A stretch of 64,000 nucleotides of DNA, from assembly GCF_032444005.1 (NCBI RefSeq), contig NC_091283.1, positions 169,508,001-169,572,000 on the forward strand. The letters run 5' to 3'. The DNA is from Ranitomeya imitator (Eukaryota). Shown one piece after another: positions 43,901 to 54,399 of this stretch (the stretch's first letter is position 1; each line of letters begins with the position of its first letter). The translations under genes and the position numbers were made by a program. Under the pieces are notes generated by a model. That model was not told the origin of the DNA. It made no database searches and saw only the letters and a list, made by a program, of their open reading frames with translations.

Positions 43901-46470
43901 AACCGGATGGAGCCATCCGGTTTAGGTATCAACACAATTGGACTGGACCAGGCGCTGTGTGACTCCTCAATGACTCCTAAATCCAACATTGCCATCACTT
44001 CCCGGGAGACGGCTTCACGGCGGGCTTCCGGAATCCGGTAGGGCTTCACATGAACAGTGACGCCAGGCTCTGTGACAATCTCATGTTTCACCAACTTAGT
44101 CCGGCCAGGTTTTTCGGAGAAAAACTGTCGGTTCTGTAACAAAAATTGCTTAACCTCAGATTTTTGTCGTTCTGAGAGAGTCTCAGCAACCTGCACCTCT
44201 GGTACAGTAGGTGAACAAACCGGACGGGGCAGATCCGCCATTAGGGCAGAGCGGTCTTTCCAGGATTTTATCAGATTCACATGATAAATCTGTTCCGGTT
44301 TTCTCTTACCCGGCTGGTACACTTTATAGTTCACTTCACCAACTCTTTCTCGGACCTCAAATGGGCCCTGCCATTTCGCCAGGAATTTACTATCCACCGT
44401 AGGGATTAGGACCAACACTCTATAGCCGGGTGCAAATGTACGGACCTTAGCGCCTCTATCATAACTTTGCCTCTGGGCTCCCTGGGCCTGTAACATATGG
44501 TCCCTAACAATGGGCATGACAGCGGCAATACGATCCTGCATTTGTGTTACATTGTCGATCACCGTTTTAAAGGGAGTGACTTGACCTTCCCAGGTTTCTT
44601 TTGCGACGTCCAGCAGTCCCCGGGGACGACGGGCGTACAACAGACGGATCAGACGGAACTGCCACCAGACTAGCTTTCACCAGAGTCACCACACTTCCAG
44701 AGTCTAGTAATGCCACAACATTTTTCCCATCAACAGATAATTCACACAGGTGTTTCACTGTATCATTTTGACCCGCATTCACACTCACTAGCTGTGTAAC
44801 CAAAGACATGCGTTTTCTAGAGTCTATAACGTCGCACTGCATGGGTTCAGCGGTAACAGGACAGTTCGCAGAAACATGACCCTTCTCATGGCAGCGGAAA
44901 CACCTAACAGGTCCCCTACTGAGATCACCGTCCAATACTCTTGGTCTCGGAGTGCGAGCAGTCCCGGACTCCTCCCCCACAGTTTTAAGCGATTTTCCTT
45001 CACCCGTGGACCCTGGAACAGTCTTACCGGTTCCACGAGGAGGAGGCACAGACCGGGGGTTGGCGGTGTCGTCGGGAAGTCCTTCTGCCACGGAATAACG
45101 CTCGACCAACTCCACAAGTTGATCCGCTGTCGTGGGATTTCCTTGGCTTACCCACCTTTTCAGCGCTGGGGGTAGTACTCTCAGGTACTTGTCCAGGACA
45201 ACCCGCTGGATTATTTTGGGTATTGTCAGTACCTCGGGTTGCAGCCATTTCTTTGTCAAGTAGATCAGGTCGAACATCTGAGACCGCGCCGGTTTATCTT
45301 GCTGGTATGTCCACTGGTGTACCCTCTGTGCACGGACAGCCGTCGTCACACCCAGCCGGGCCAGGATCTCAGCTTTCAGCTTCTCAAAGTCCTGAGCGAC
45401 CTCCGGGTCCAAATCATGGTAAGCTTTTTGGGCCTCGCCGGAGAGAAACGGGGCAATCAAATTGGCCCATCGTGCCTTCGGCCACTTCTCTCTCAACGCC
45501 GTCCGCTCAAACGTTGTCAGGTATGCCTCGACGTCATCTTCTGCAGTCACATGGATCCTTCTGGACTCTGCTTCCGGGTCAGCGTCTGGCATGCTCACCA
45601 GGCGCTGCGCCACCTGTTGGAGAAGTTGGCGGTCTGCAACCGTCATGTCCAGTAACTCCTTCAGCTGTGCGGCCATCAAGCGATTAGCTTCGTGCTGTGC
45701 GGCAGTGGCCTGCTGCTGTACGGCAGTGGACTGTACTAAGGCTTTCACCACGTCTTGCATGCTGTCGCCTGTGCCACGGTATGCCCGCGTTCTCCACCAC
45801 AATGTGACAAAACACTCTGGGATCGCCTTTGCTGGGGTCAAAGGACACGTGGTTTGTGCATTGAATCTGAGGCGTACAGCAGGTTTCTGAGCAGGCTGAC
45901 CTCAGGTCAGATTTATTAACGTGAAAGCAACACAAAAAACAAAACCTAAAAATAAATCCTAGCCTGTTCGGCACTAACTAAACAAATACGTTGCTATCTC
46001 AACAACTGGGGGGCTTCTCCCACCCAGCTAACATCACACAATTTCTTGAGCAGAGCTCTTCACTCACGTTTGTCCCACACAGGCAGGCAATCTGTGTGCC
46101 CCAGGCAGACACTGGAAACACCCAGCTGGTCATCTTTTATTCCTGCAATCATTAACCCATTAGCACCCTGAAGATACTGAGTGGCCTAATTCACATAGGA
46201 CAAACACCTGGGCGAGATATACCTGCCTCCATCTACCACACCAGCATGAGTCTTACACATCTCGCAGAGTGATGGCGTAGCATTAGGACACATATCATCG
46301 CTTCATAATCCCATTGAATCCTCCCTTCTTCTGTAGCAGCTGCATTACTGTCCTGTAATTCTCTGTAGGTGGAGATGAGGAAAGCGATCACAGACTACAT
46401 CCAGGAGGAGTTTCGCCAGCTGAAGTCTCAGGCCGAGAATCTGCACCAAAGTTTTAAAGAGCAGAGGTGA
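31981..46470 (+). CDS. TAFAZZIN: Tafazzin, cardiolipin transacylase; 10 coding exons, 262 aa (no primate exon 5)
   Basis: Exons: 31981-32089, 33335-33463, 33661-33706, 33786-33871, 40689-40769, 40922-40963, 41045-41107, 41695-41747, 42014-42091, 46369-46470 (789 nt). [10 protein letters not shown]...NHQSCMDDP (HX4D motif)...AADICF...GKCVPVCRG...[10 protein letters not shown]...KWGIGRLI...PLWHVGMND...[12 protein letters not shown]. Confidence 0.97.
32576..32748 (+). mobile_element. Truncated hAT-type MITE fragment
   Basis: TAGTGATGAGCGAATATACTCG-type end and an internal palindrome (TTAGCCAGCATAAGTACATGTGGGG...CCCCACATGTACTTATACTGGCTAA); the other end is missing. Confidence 0.5.
34659..37126 (-). 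mobile_element. Tc1-superfamily DD37E (TRT-like) transposon, interrupted
   Basis: TA TSDs; TIR CACTGTGTTCCAAATTAT. Transposase fragments [17 protein letters not shown] and MHDNAP...SPDLNPIE with 37 residues between D and E; ~1.56 kb once the nested MITE is removed. Confidence 0.85.
35410..36312. mobile_element. 903-bp Harbinger-type MITE inside the TRT transposase
   Basis: TSD TAA on both sides; imperfect TIR GGCCATGTGCACACGT / ATGTGCACATACCC. Removing it restores the GPFKVP transposase segment. Confidence 0.8.
37774..40596. mobile_element. T2-family (TTAA) MITE with an expanded internal satellite
   Basis: TTAA at both ends; degenerate TIRs and inverted subterminal blocks (GCAGATATGGGGTTAATCTGC; GGGAGAAAATTTACTTTATTCTCCCC). 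Confidence 0.7.
37939..40393. repeat. 112-bp tandem satellite (~22 units)
   Basis: Period 112 (ORF starts 38530, 38642; 38866, 38978, 39090); each unit carries CTCTGAGTATACAGAG and three TCAGTCA motifs. Confidence 0.93.
42724..44640 (-). CDS. Retrotransposon pol remnant: integrase C-terminus, RT and RNase H, uninterrupted
   Basis: 638 open codons: [11 protein letters not shown]...KWQGPFEV (IN C-terminus), [22 protein letters not shown] (RT), QTDAS, EKECLA, VTDH, NADALSR (RNase H). Confidence 0.85.
   Translation of the reverse strand: MYARRPRGLLDVAKETWEGQVTPFKTVIDNVTQMQDRIAAVMPIVRDHMLQAQGAQRQSYDRGAKVRTFAPGYRVLVLIPTVDSKFLAKWQGPFEVRERVGEVNYKVYQPGKRKPEQIYHVNLIKSWKDRSALMADLPRPVCSPTVPEVQVAETLSERQKSEVKQFLLQNRQFFSEKPGRTKLVKHEIVTEPGVTVHVKPYRIPEARREAVSREVMAMLDLGVIEESHSAWSSPIVLIPKPDGSIRFCNDFRKLNAVSKFDAYPMPRVDELIDRLGKARYITTLDLTKGYWQIPLAEAAREKTAFATPEGLFQYVYMPFGLHGAPATFQRLMDRVLRPHRQYASAYLDDIVIYSMDWETHLQKVQAVIDDLRDAGLTANPKKCHIGLEEARYLGYVIGRGVVKPQIDKIQAIQGWPQPVNKKQVQAFLGIAGYYRRFIPNFAAMATPLTDLTKGKGSVMVKWTSAAEEAFHSLKRALCSQPVLVTPDFSSEFVVQTDASDTGVGAVLSQVRDGVEHPVLYLSRKLNVHEQRYAVVEKECLAIKWALDSLKYYLAGRKFRLVTDHAPLKWMHLHKDRNCRVTRWFLALQAYSFTVEHRPGVQMGNADALSRVHCFKSVLARPEWSEQGGGGYVRLMLVW
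44641..45760 (-). CDS. Retrotransposon gag (SCAN-like domain, CCHC knuckle) plus protease N-terminus
   Basis: [10 protein letters not shown]...AQRVHQWTY...KWLQPE...[18 protein letters not shown]...QLVELVERY (SCAN-like); [14 protein letters not shown]; [12 protein letters not shown] (aspartic protease), truncated at ~44641. Confidence 0.8.
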
Positions 46471-46968
46471 CGAGAAGCCACCAAAGATGTGCCCCAGCGA
46501 TCACGTCCACACACCAGATGCCTTCCTATAGGTTTTTTATCCATTGTGCCCCACCAGGTTCCTCCGTACATTAATTAACGTTGGCATTGATGCCATCTAC
46601 TGCTGCTACATAACATGAAGTGATAACATTTACTCTGCGGGTCCAATTTTGTTTCCAGAAAAGCAGCACGGTGAGGAAATAGGATTATATAGTCCTATAT
46701 CCATTGACCCAGGCTGGGACCCTGATGATTTTAAACATTTTTAAGCTGAAGTAAAAAAAAAAATCATGATTTCAGGTCTTTTGATTACGTCTCATGGAGT
46801 TGTGAGGTGGTCTGCACCCATTGCACTGCTCGTCCCATTCCTGGAGTCTTCCCTTGTTCGTGCAGCCTTTTAGTTATTGTAATGAAATGGATGATACTTG
46901 AGATGCAGGAATGCACACTGGCTACAAGACTGTTTTATACTCTTCATTTTTCTGTAGCTGTCTTTCCA

Positions 46969-46974
46969 AATAAA
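46969..46974 (+). terminator. Candidate TAFAZZIN polyadenylation signal
   Basis: AATAAA ~500 nt after the stop, followed by a GT/T-rich tract. Confidence 0.6.
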
Positions 46975-47525
46975 GATAAAAATTGTGTTGTTTTTTTTTT
47001 CATTTGTTTTGTGCTTCATTTTTCCATGAATTGGCGCTGAGCTGCAGTACCGAGAATGGCCACTACATAGTGTATGGAGTTACAACACCACAGCGCCGTA
47101 CACTATCCAGTGGTTGTTCTTGGTACTGCACCTCTGCTCACATTGAAGTGAATGAGAGCTGAAGTGATGTGCAGAGTAGTGCCGCTGCAGTGTAGGGCGC
47201 TGTTGTGTTCTGACTCCATACACTCTTCTTAAAGCGAACAGCTGATCGCTGGAGAACCAGACACCCACCAATCTGATATTAATGACTTGTCCTTACTCAT
47301 GGACAACCCCTTTTAAATTTCACAAAAATGTGGGTTTGGCATAAATGACTTTTATTAGAAGAGAGCAGAAATCCTACCACAGACGTGACGGTTGTGTGAC
47401 TTCTACTGCTGGGTCATATTGAAGCGGCTCTTTGGATGGAGGTGGTAGCGCCCACATCTGGCATCACACACATTCTAATGGCAAACGTGGCATAATGTCA
47501 AGGTAGATGCATGATCAAAAATATC

Positions 47526-50500
47526 TGTAAGATGATAGCAGGTGTGTAGGATGCAGTGACAAACAGGAGACGGAGCAAGGGTTAACAGGTTCTTTATATA
47601 AAACGGTGGAATAAGCAGGGGGGGTAAAGGATATGAATTTGCGGATGGGGGAAAGACAAATACAGCAGATAATAACTGGTTAACTTATCAGTCTCTGTGC
47701 ACTGGAGGAAGGTGGCTGGAAGATCCATCGGTGGCTCCGTAGGCGGCGCAAGATGTCTCCAATCCGGTCCCGCAGAAAGGTGATGCACTGTCTCCTTGCG
47801 GTGATTAATCCTCCAGGTCCTTCGACACGTGGCCTCCTGGGCACGTGGTGGAGTAGAGATGGAGGTCGGCAGCACAGCGGATAAAGCAGAAAGTTCAGTA
47901 TACAAGGCCGCAGTAGAAGCGTACAGTCCAGCAGACACAGGCGAGGTCCGGTTCTCAATGGGCACCGAAGGGATATGACTAAGTTGTGCCTCCGTGGTGG
48001 TGAGCGGAGCAAAGGTATGCACTCTGTACTGGTCACTACACGGTGCAGATGTCTCTCTGGGCTTTGGGTAGCACGTCTTAGCAGCTTTGCTAGCCGGGTG
48101 TGAAGGCACAGCTAACTGGTGCGGGTCTGTCGAAAGGGAGTCAACAGTCTCTGCTCACAAGCTCGGTCCCCACCAAGTGTGTCGTCATCCCGCTCACACC
48201 GCTACTTAAGTTGGACCCGCCCCCACCACTCGGGTCTCCTGAACTGTTCCGGTCAGAAAACTCTTTTCCCGGAATAATAGTGACAGTTCCAGCCCAGACA
48301 CGCAAGAGGGACCGCTGCCCTGGTTCACCTCCCTACAATTCCCCACACTTTTTGCTTGCAATTCCACGGGCGAGACTCTTCGAGGAGAGCGTGACTGTCT
48401 TCTCCTGGGTGGTTTGCTGCCAGACAAAATTCTCTTGGTCATAGCGATTGGGGTTTTTTCCAGCTGTTATTCTTTCGGAGCATCTCAGATTAGGAGAAGT
48501 AGTGGAGTTCTACTGTGGGGCAAAATCCAGCTGCGGAGAGAGAGCCATGGGTGAGCCTGTACCCTCTGGTTCCAATCCCTCTGGGCTTAATCCTTCACCC
48601 CCTTCTTCGTCCTCTTCTTCCATTGGCGTATGGATCACCTCAGGGGCCTCGGACTCCTCAGACAGGATATTTAGGTAGGCAGGGACGGAGCATATTCCGG
48701 TGAAGAGTTCGAGTGAGAGCATCCTCTTTTCCCTCAGGCTGGACTTCGTAAACCTACTCCTCAGGACTAACTCTTCTCTTCACCTGATACGGATCTTTCT
48801 CCCAACGATTTTCCAGTTTGTCCCGAGGATGCTTCTCCTGCACTAAGACACGGTCTCCAGTTTGAAATTCCGTTGCTCTGGGAGGGGTCTTTTCTGCATG
48901 TTCTAACTCCCGTAATCTAGTCTGGACTAACCGATGTAAGGGTTGCAGACAATGCTGATGCTCCCGTAAACAGGAGGACACCCCCATCCGTGGGTAGTCC
49001 TCTTATGGATCTAATGCTAACTCGGTGATTCCTTTTCCTTCTCGGCCGAACAGAAGGGAGTAAGGTGTATATACAGTGGTTCGATGTACTCCATTATTAT
49101 GTACCCACACCAGTTCAGAAACGTATTCTGGTCACCGGGCCTTCCGATCATTCTTCTAGAGTTCTTAGCATCTGAACTAGTGTACAGTTAAATCATTCAC
49201 AGGCACCATTACCTTGAGGATGGTACAGTGTGGTGCAGAACTTGTAAATCCGGTACAGGCGATGCAACTCATCCATTACTCTTCCCAAGAAACAGGCTCC
49301 CTGATTGGAGTGAATTCTCTTCAGACACCCATAGGGTTGGCTGAAGTTCTTGCAGATTGCGTACAGACTCTGCAGTCTGGTCTCGAGTTGGAGTTACCAC
49401 GGCAAATTTTGCTAAGTGATCCACCATCACCAGACAATGCTCATAGCCCTGATGGGCTGGGCCAATGGTCAGATAGTCTGTTGTCAAGTGTTCCAGTGGG
49501 GCGAGGTTACGATAGACTGGACGGGAGATCTTTAGCGGCTTAGCCAGTTCACTTGTCCGGCACATTCTACAGGCCTCTTCCACTTTCGTCTTCAACTGGG
49601 GGTGGTAGATGAACCGTTGTAACCATTGAAAGGTTTTCTCTGAACCAAAGTGGGCTCCTTGCTCGTGTGCAGCGACAGCAATTTCAATGATGGTGTTGGG
49701 ACTAGGACTTGCCAGGTCACACTCGGCTCAGTCCGCCATTGCGTTTTCCGATATAGTAAGCTGTTCTTCATCCGTAGTTGTTCCCACTGTCCAAGGATCC
49801 GTAACGCCTCTGGAGACAATGTACCTTTTTCTGTCGAGCTGGGGAGTCTGAGAAGCCACACACTGTCTCAACAAAGCCAGTTCGCTATCTTCCTGTTGAA
49901 GCTGAACCCACTCATCTCGAGTTCGTCCCGGTACGCCTTTTTTGCCTGAGGAGTGTATCTGTCCCTGCATTGCCATCACCATCCTGGTGGACCTCTGGAA
50001 TCTAGGGATTTCATCATCTTCTAGTTCTTTGTCTCTGTCTCGCTCGGGCTTGGTACCCTTCCTCCTGGACAGGGCATCGGCATGAATATTTTCTGCCCCC
50101 CTTTTGTAGGTCATCTTATAGCGGAACTTCACCATTCTAGCTACCTATCGCTGTTCCAAGGCCCCCAGTCTCGCATTTTCCAGGTGCGCAAGCGAGTTAT
50201 CAGTTCACAGCAGCACTTCAGAGGCAGATAAATATTCCGTAAATCGCTCCGTCATAGCCCACACCAACGCCAGCAGCTCCAACTTGAAAGAACTGTAATT
50301 GTCTGTAATTGCGTTCACAATCGTGAAGGGACCGGCTTGCATAAGCGATCACTGTCTCTCTTCCATCCTGCATCTGTGATAACACAGCCCCAAGTCCCAG
50401 CAGACTCCCGTCAGTGTGGAGAATAAACGGTTGCGATAAATCCGCATAAGCCAAGATAGGAGCTTCAGTAAGTGCTCTTTTGAGATCTTGAAAAGCCTCT

Positions 50501-53500
50501 TCTTGGGACCCCTCCCAGCAGATCTTCCAGTTCTTGGCACCCAAGGCTCCTGTAAGGGTTTTGCCAGTCAAGCGAAGTTCTTCACAAAACGCCTGTAATA
50601 TCCGGTCAGTCCCAGGAACGCCCACACATCCTTCACGGTCTCTGGAGGGGCCAGTCTTGAATCACGGCAATCTTCTCTCTGGTGGGTTCTACTCCTTCAG
50701 CAGAAACGACATGGCCCAATAATTCAATTTGCGTGCGAAACAATCACTTTTAGTTTGTGTCTCTGAAGGCAGACCAACACTTGTTCTAGGCGCTGCAGAT
50801 GTTTCTCAAATGAAGAAACAAAGACTAAAATGTCATCCAGGTAGATGAGCGTAGATTCAAAGTTCAAATCTCCTAGGCATCTCTCCATGAGACATTGAAA
50901 AGTTCCGGGAGCGTTGGCTAAGCCGAACGGCATACGGTTGAATTCGTACAGGCCCATGGGAAGAATAAAGGCAGTTTTTGCTCGATCTTGTTCAGACATG
51001 GGGACATGCCAGTAGCCGCTGGCGAGGTCCAGTGTAGAGAAGAACCTGGCTTTCCCCAGAGCAGACAGGGACTCTTCAATCCGGGGTAATGAGTATGAGT
51101 CTCTAACGGTGCAGGCGTTGAGCTTTCGGTAATCCATACAAAAACGCCTTTCTTCCACACTAACACAATTGGGGCAGCCCACGGACTCTGGCTCTCCCTA
51201 ATCGTGCCGGCCTGCAACATCTGGTTCAACATGCTCTTCACTTCCTGATATAAAGGTGGGGGAATTTGCCGGTAACACTCTCTTATGGGCGCGGTGCTCC
51301 CAGTTGGCATTTCGTGCGTAATGGCCGTGGTGCAACCAAAATCATCTTTGTGAAGGGCAAAAACTTCTTTGTACCTCCCCAGCAGAGCTTCTATCTGTTG
51401 CACTTGAGTGAGTGTGAGTTCGGCCAGCTCAGCCCACATTCATTCCAGTATGGGTCGGCCCTCTTTGATGTAATGAGGTTCTAGCACTGAATTGGAGTTT
51501 ACTGACACAGTCCAGGGGTCTCCAGGTTGTATCTCCAGTTGTACTGTTTGAGGGGGCATTATTTCTTCAGGTTGGTTAATTATTTGGTCCACCACACTTC
51601 TGGGAACGACAGTAATGTCCTGGTCTCCTAAGTTAATGCACCGTACCGGGACAATCCCATCTCGAGCAATGGCTAATGTATGCGTCCCTAGGAGTCCCGT
51701 GGGCAATTGTTCTGAAGAAGATGGTTCAGCTTGGACTTCAACACCCTCAAAGGGGACACAGGTATGAACGGGCAGGGACAGTACTGTTTGTCCTGGTGGA
51801 AGAACGATTTTGGTGGAGGCCGGGACAATTACCTTTCCTAACACTCCTCCCTCACAGCTAGACTCCTGTACTTGTGCCACTCGTGCTAGTTGTCGAAAAA
51901 TTCTTCTCTGTGGTGTATGTGAGCCCCACTGTTTTAGAGTCTCGTTAGAGGGCTCCCTGATGAGAAGGCTTCCAAACTCCTTCAGCACATTCATCCCCAA
52001 GGTGACAGGGGGTCCATTACTCCTCCCGGTGTCAGTACCACACCTCTCCGTCCCAGGTCTTTCCCACAGATAGACACTTGCATCCATACTACCCCTGCAA
52101 CCGGGATAGGCAGTTGATATGTTGACTCGGGGCATGTTGACACTAAACTTGAGGGACTTGCACTACTCTTCCTCACCTGTTCTGGCTCCGGGCTGCGTCC
52201 CCCCCGGCTTGGAGCCCTCTAGTTTAACTGGTGGCGAGATGTCACTCTTTCTTGACGGGTGCACTCCCACGCAATGTGTCCGCTCTCTCAGCAGTTGAAA
52301 CAAGTGATGAGTCTAGGCCAGCAAAACATTCTGGAGTCACGGCGCGGTTTCGGGCCTTTCCCCCGCTCTGGTGGATTGTTAGTAGTCTGTGCTTTCTTTT
52401 TTAGGTCGGCCTGTTCTTCCTTCACACTCACAAGTTCTCTCTGGAGTTCTTCCACCCATTGGGGTTCAGCAATGGTGTTTACAGACACCCCTACGCTCTG
52501 GACCTTCCCCACGGGGACTGTCACCCCCTGCTCCTGTTCACGCATGCGTGCCTCACTCTCTACCTCGCACACGCTCCCGCAGGGCCTGTTTTGTCATCAC
52601 GTCTCGTAAGCCAGTCACTAGGTCTCGCAACATTATATCTGTGGGACCTACCCCCATTCCATCCTTTTTAGTAATTGCAGTGTGTAACTCCTGCAATGCA
52701 TTCATATATTTTGTTACGGTCCTCAGTTCCCCTATGTCAGTGGGGTCTCCGAGAGTTTCCTCTAGGACTTGCAACACCTTAATAAACGTATCCCGGTCTC
52801 TGGGGGTCCGCAACATCACTGAGTCCCTGGCTTCCCCGTCCAGTGCCATGATAGCCACCTCAGCCTCCAGCGCGCAGGGGTCATGGGGTGCATTCTCATC
52901 ATGCTTCTAAGGCGTTCAGTCCAGCTCCACAGCATAGTGTTGCTCCCTGTAAATTTTGGCAGATTACTTAGCATGGCCCCCAGTGAAATGCTGGTCCCGG
53001 GGCCACCCCCTTCTGCTTGGCCTGCCACCTGTGTGCTATTGGACTGCATCCTGCTGACTATGCCAAGTGTAAGATGCTAGCAGGTGCGTAGGATGCAGTG
53101 ACACACAGGAGGCAGAGCAAGGGTTAACAGGTATTTTATATAAAGCAGGGTGATAAAGGATATGAATTTTCGGATGGGGAAAGACAAATACAGCAGGTAA
53201 CAACGGGTTAACTTATGTCTCTGTGCACTGGAGGAAGGTGGCTGGAAGATCCCTTGGTGGCGCAAGGTGTCTCCGATCCCGTCCCACAGAAAGGTGATGC
53301 ACTGTCTCCTTGCAGTGATGAATCCTCCGGCTCCTTCGGCACTTGGTCTCCTGGTCCAGGCACACAGTGGAGTAGAGATGGAGGTCTGTGGCACAGAGGA
53401 TGAAGCGGAAAGTTCAGTAGACAAGGCCGCAGTAGAAGTGGACACAGCCACAGGCCTGTCCGATTCTCAACGGGCACCGCAAGGATATGACTAAGCGGTA

Positions 53501-53865
53501 CCTCCGCGGTGGTGAGTGGAGCAAAGGTATGCACTCTGTACTGGTCACTACACGGTGCAGATGTCTCTCTGGGCTGTGGGTAGCACGTCTTAGCAGTTTT
53601 GCTAGCCGGGTGTAAAGGCACAGCTAGCTGTCATGGGTCCTTCGAGAGGGAGTCAACATTTCTCGGCTCACAAGCTCATTCCCCGCCAACTGTGTCGTCT
53701 TCCCGCGGCGCTCACACAGCTACTTAAGTCAGACCTGCCCCCACCAGTCAGGTCTCATGAACTGTTCCGGTCAGAAAACTCTTCCTCCCGGAATAATGGT
53801 GACAGTCCTGACAGTTCTTGCCCAGACACGCAAGAGGGACCGCTGCCCTGGTACACCTCCCTACA
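47526..53865 (-). mobile_element. Full-length but decayed Gypsy LTR retrotransposon (gag-PR-RT-RH-IN order)
   Basis: LTRs 47526-48337 and 53068-53865 (TGTAAG...CTACA, visibly diverged with indels). PBS at 53048-53065 complementary to a tRNA-Ser-type end; flanks TATC/AATC. Frameshifted gag (CFNC knuckle), RT (YLDDILVF), RH (LHTDGS) and IN fragments. Confidence 0.9.
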
Positions 53866-54399
53866 AATCCATAGCTGGTGCTCGTCCTTGCTTTCCTTGT
53901 AAAAGTAGCCACTTAGTGATGGTCACTATCTATGGGGTGACTGGCCAGCCATAGATTGCTTTATAGCGCTGCTATATCACGGCATAACGCAGGGTATTGA
54001 TGTCCCAATGTGACCTATAAGCCACAGCAAAATATCCAGCTGGTTCTTTTAGCAACCGTTCTGTGCGATCCCATTCACCAACATCACTTGCTGTGTAGCA
54101 GTGGCGCCCAGTGACGGGTGTCATGGCCAAGGTCGCGGACAGTCTATGGGACATACAGAAGCAGCTGGATGGTCCTCCTAAGTCCGCGGTGACGAAGAGA
54201 AGACGGGAGTGTTCCGGATTCTGCTGATATTCGGCTTCTTTACTTGCATTTGTGGATAGCACAGCTACCTGCACTCAGTGATTTCTGGAGCGTCGCCTGC
54301 AGGTGACACAACCCCTCATGTACCTGCAGCGGGGACTCTGCACTACACGTAGCAAGGCCTTATGTTACACAGCGCTATGTGCAGGACATCAGGAGAGGA

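Larger units (their letters stand above)
42294..46257 (-). mobile_element. Gmr1-like Gypsy LTR retrotransposon, internally deleted, young
   Basis: 455-bp LTRs 42294-42748 and 45803-46257 (TG...CA, ~6 mismatches by eye); TSD CATC. PBS at 45781-45799 complementary to a tRNA-Ala-type 3' end; poly-G PPT next to 42749. In TAFAZZIN last intron, antisense. Confidence 0.93.

Noticed and set aside
53972-54330. Short ORFs and a hydrophobic stretch (GVFRILLIFGFFTCICG) between the Gypsy LTR and the array
   Set aside because: No start codon in that frame, no recognisable homology and no consistent exon chain.
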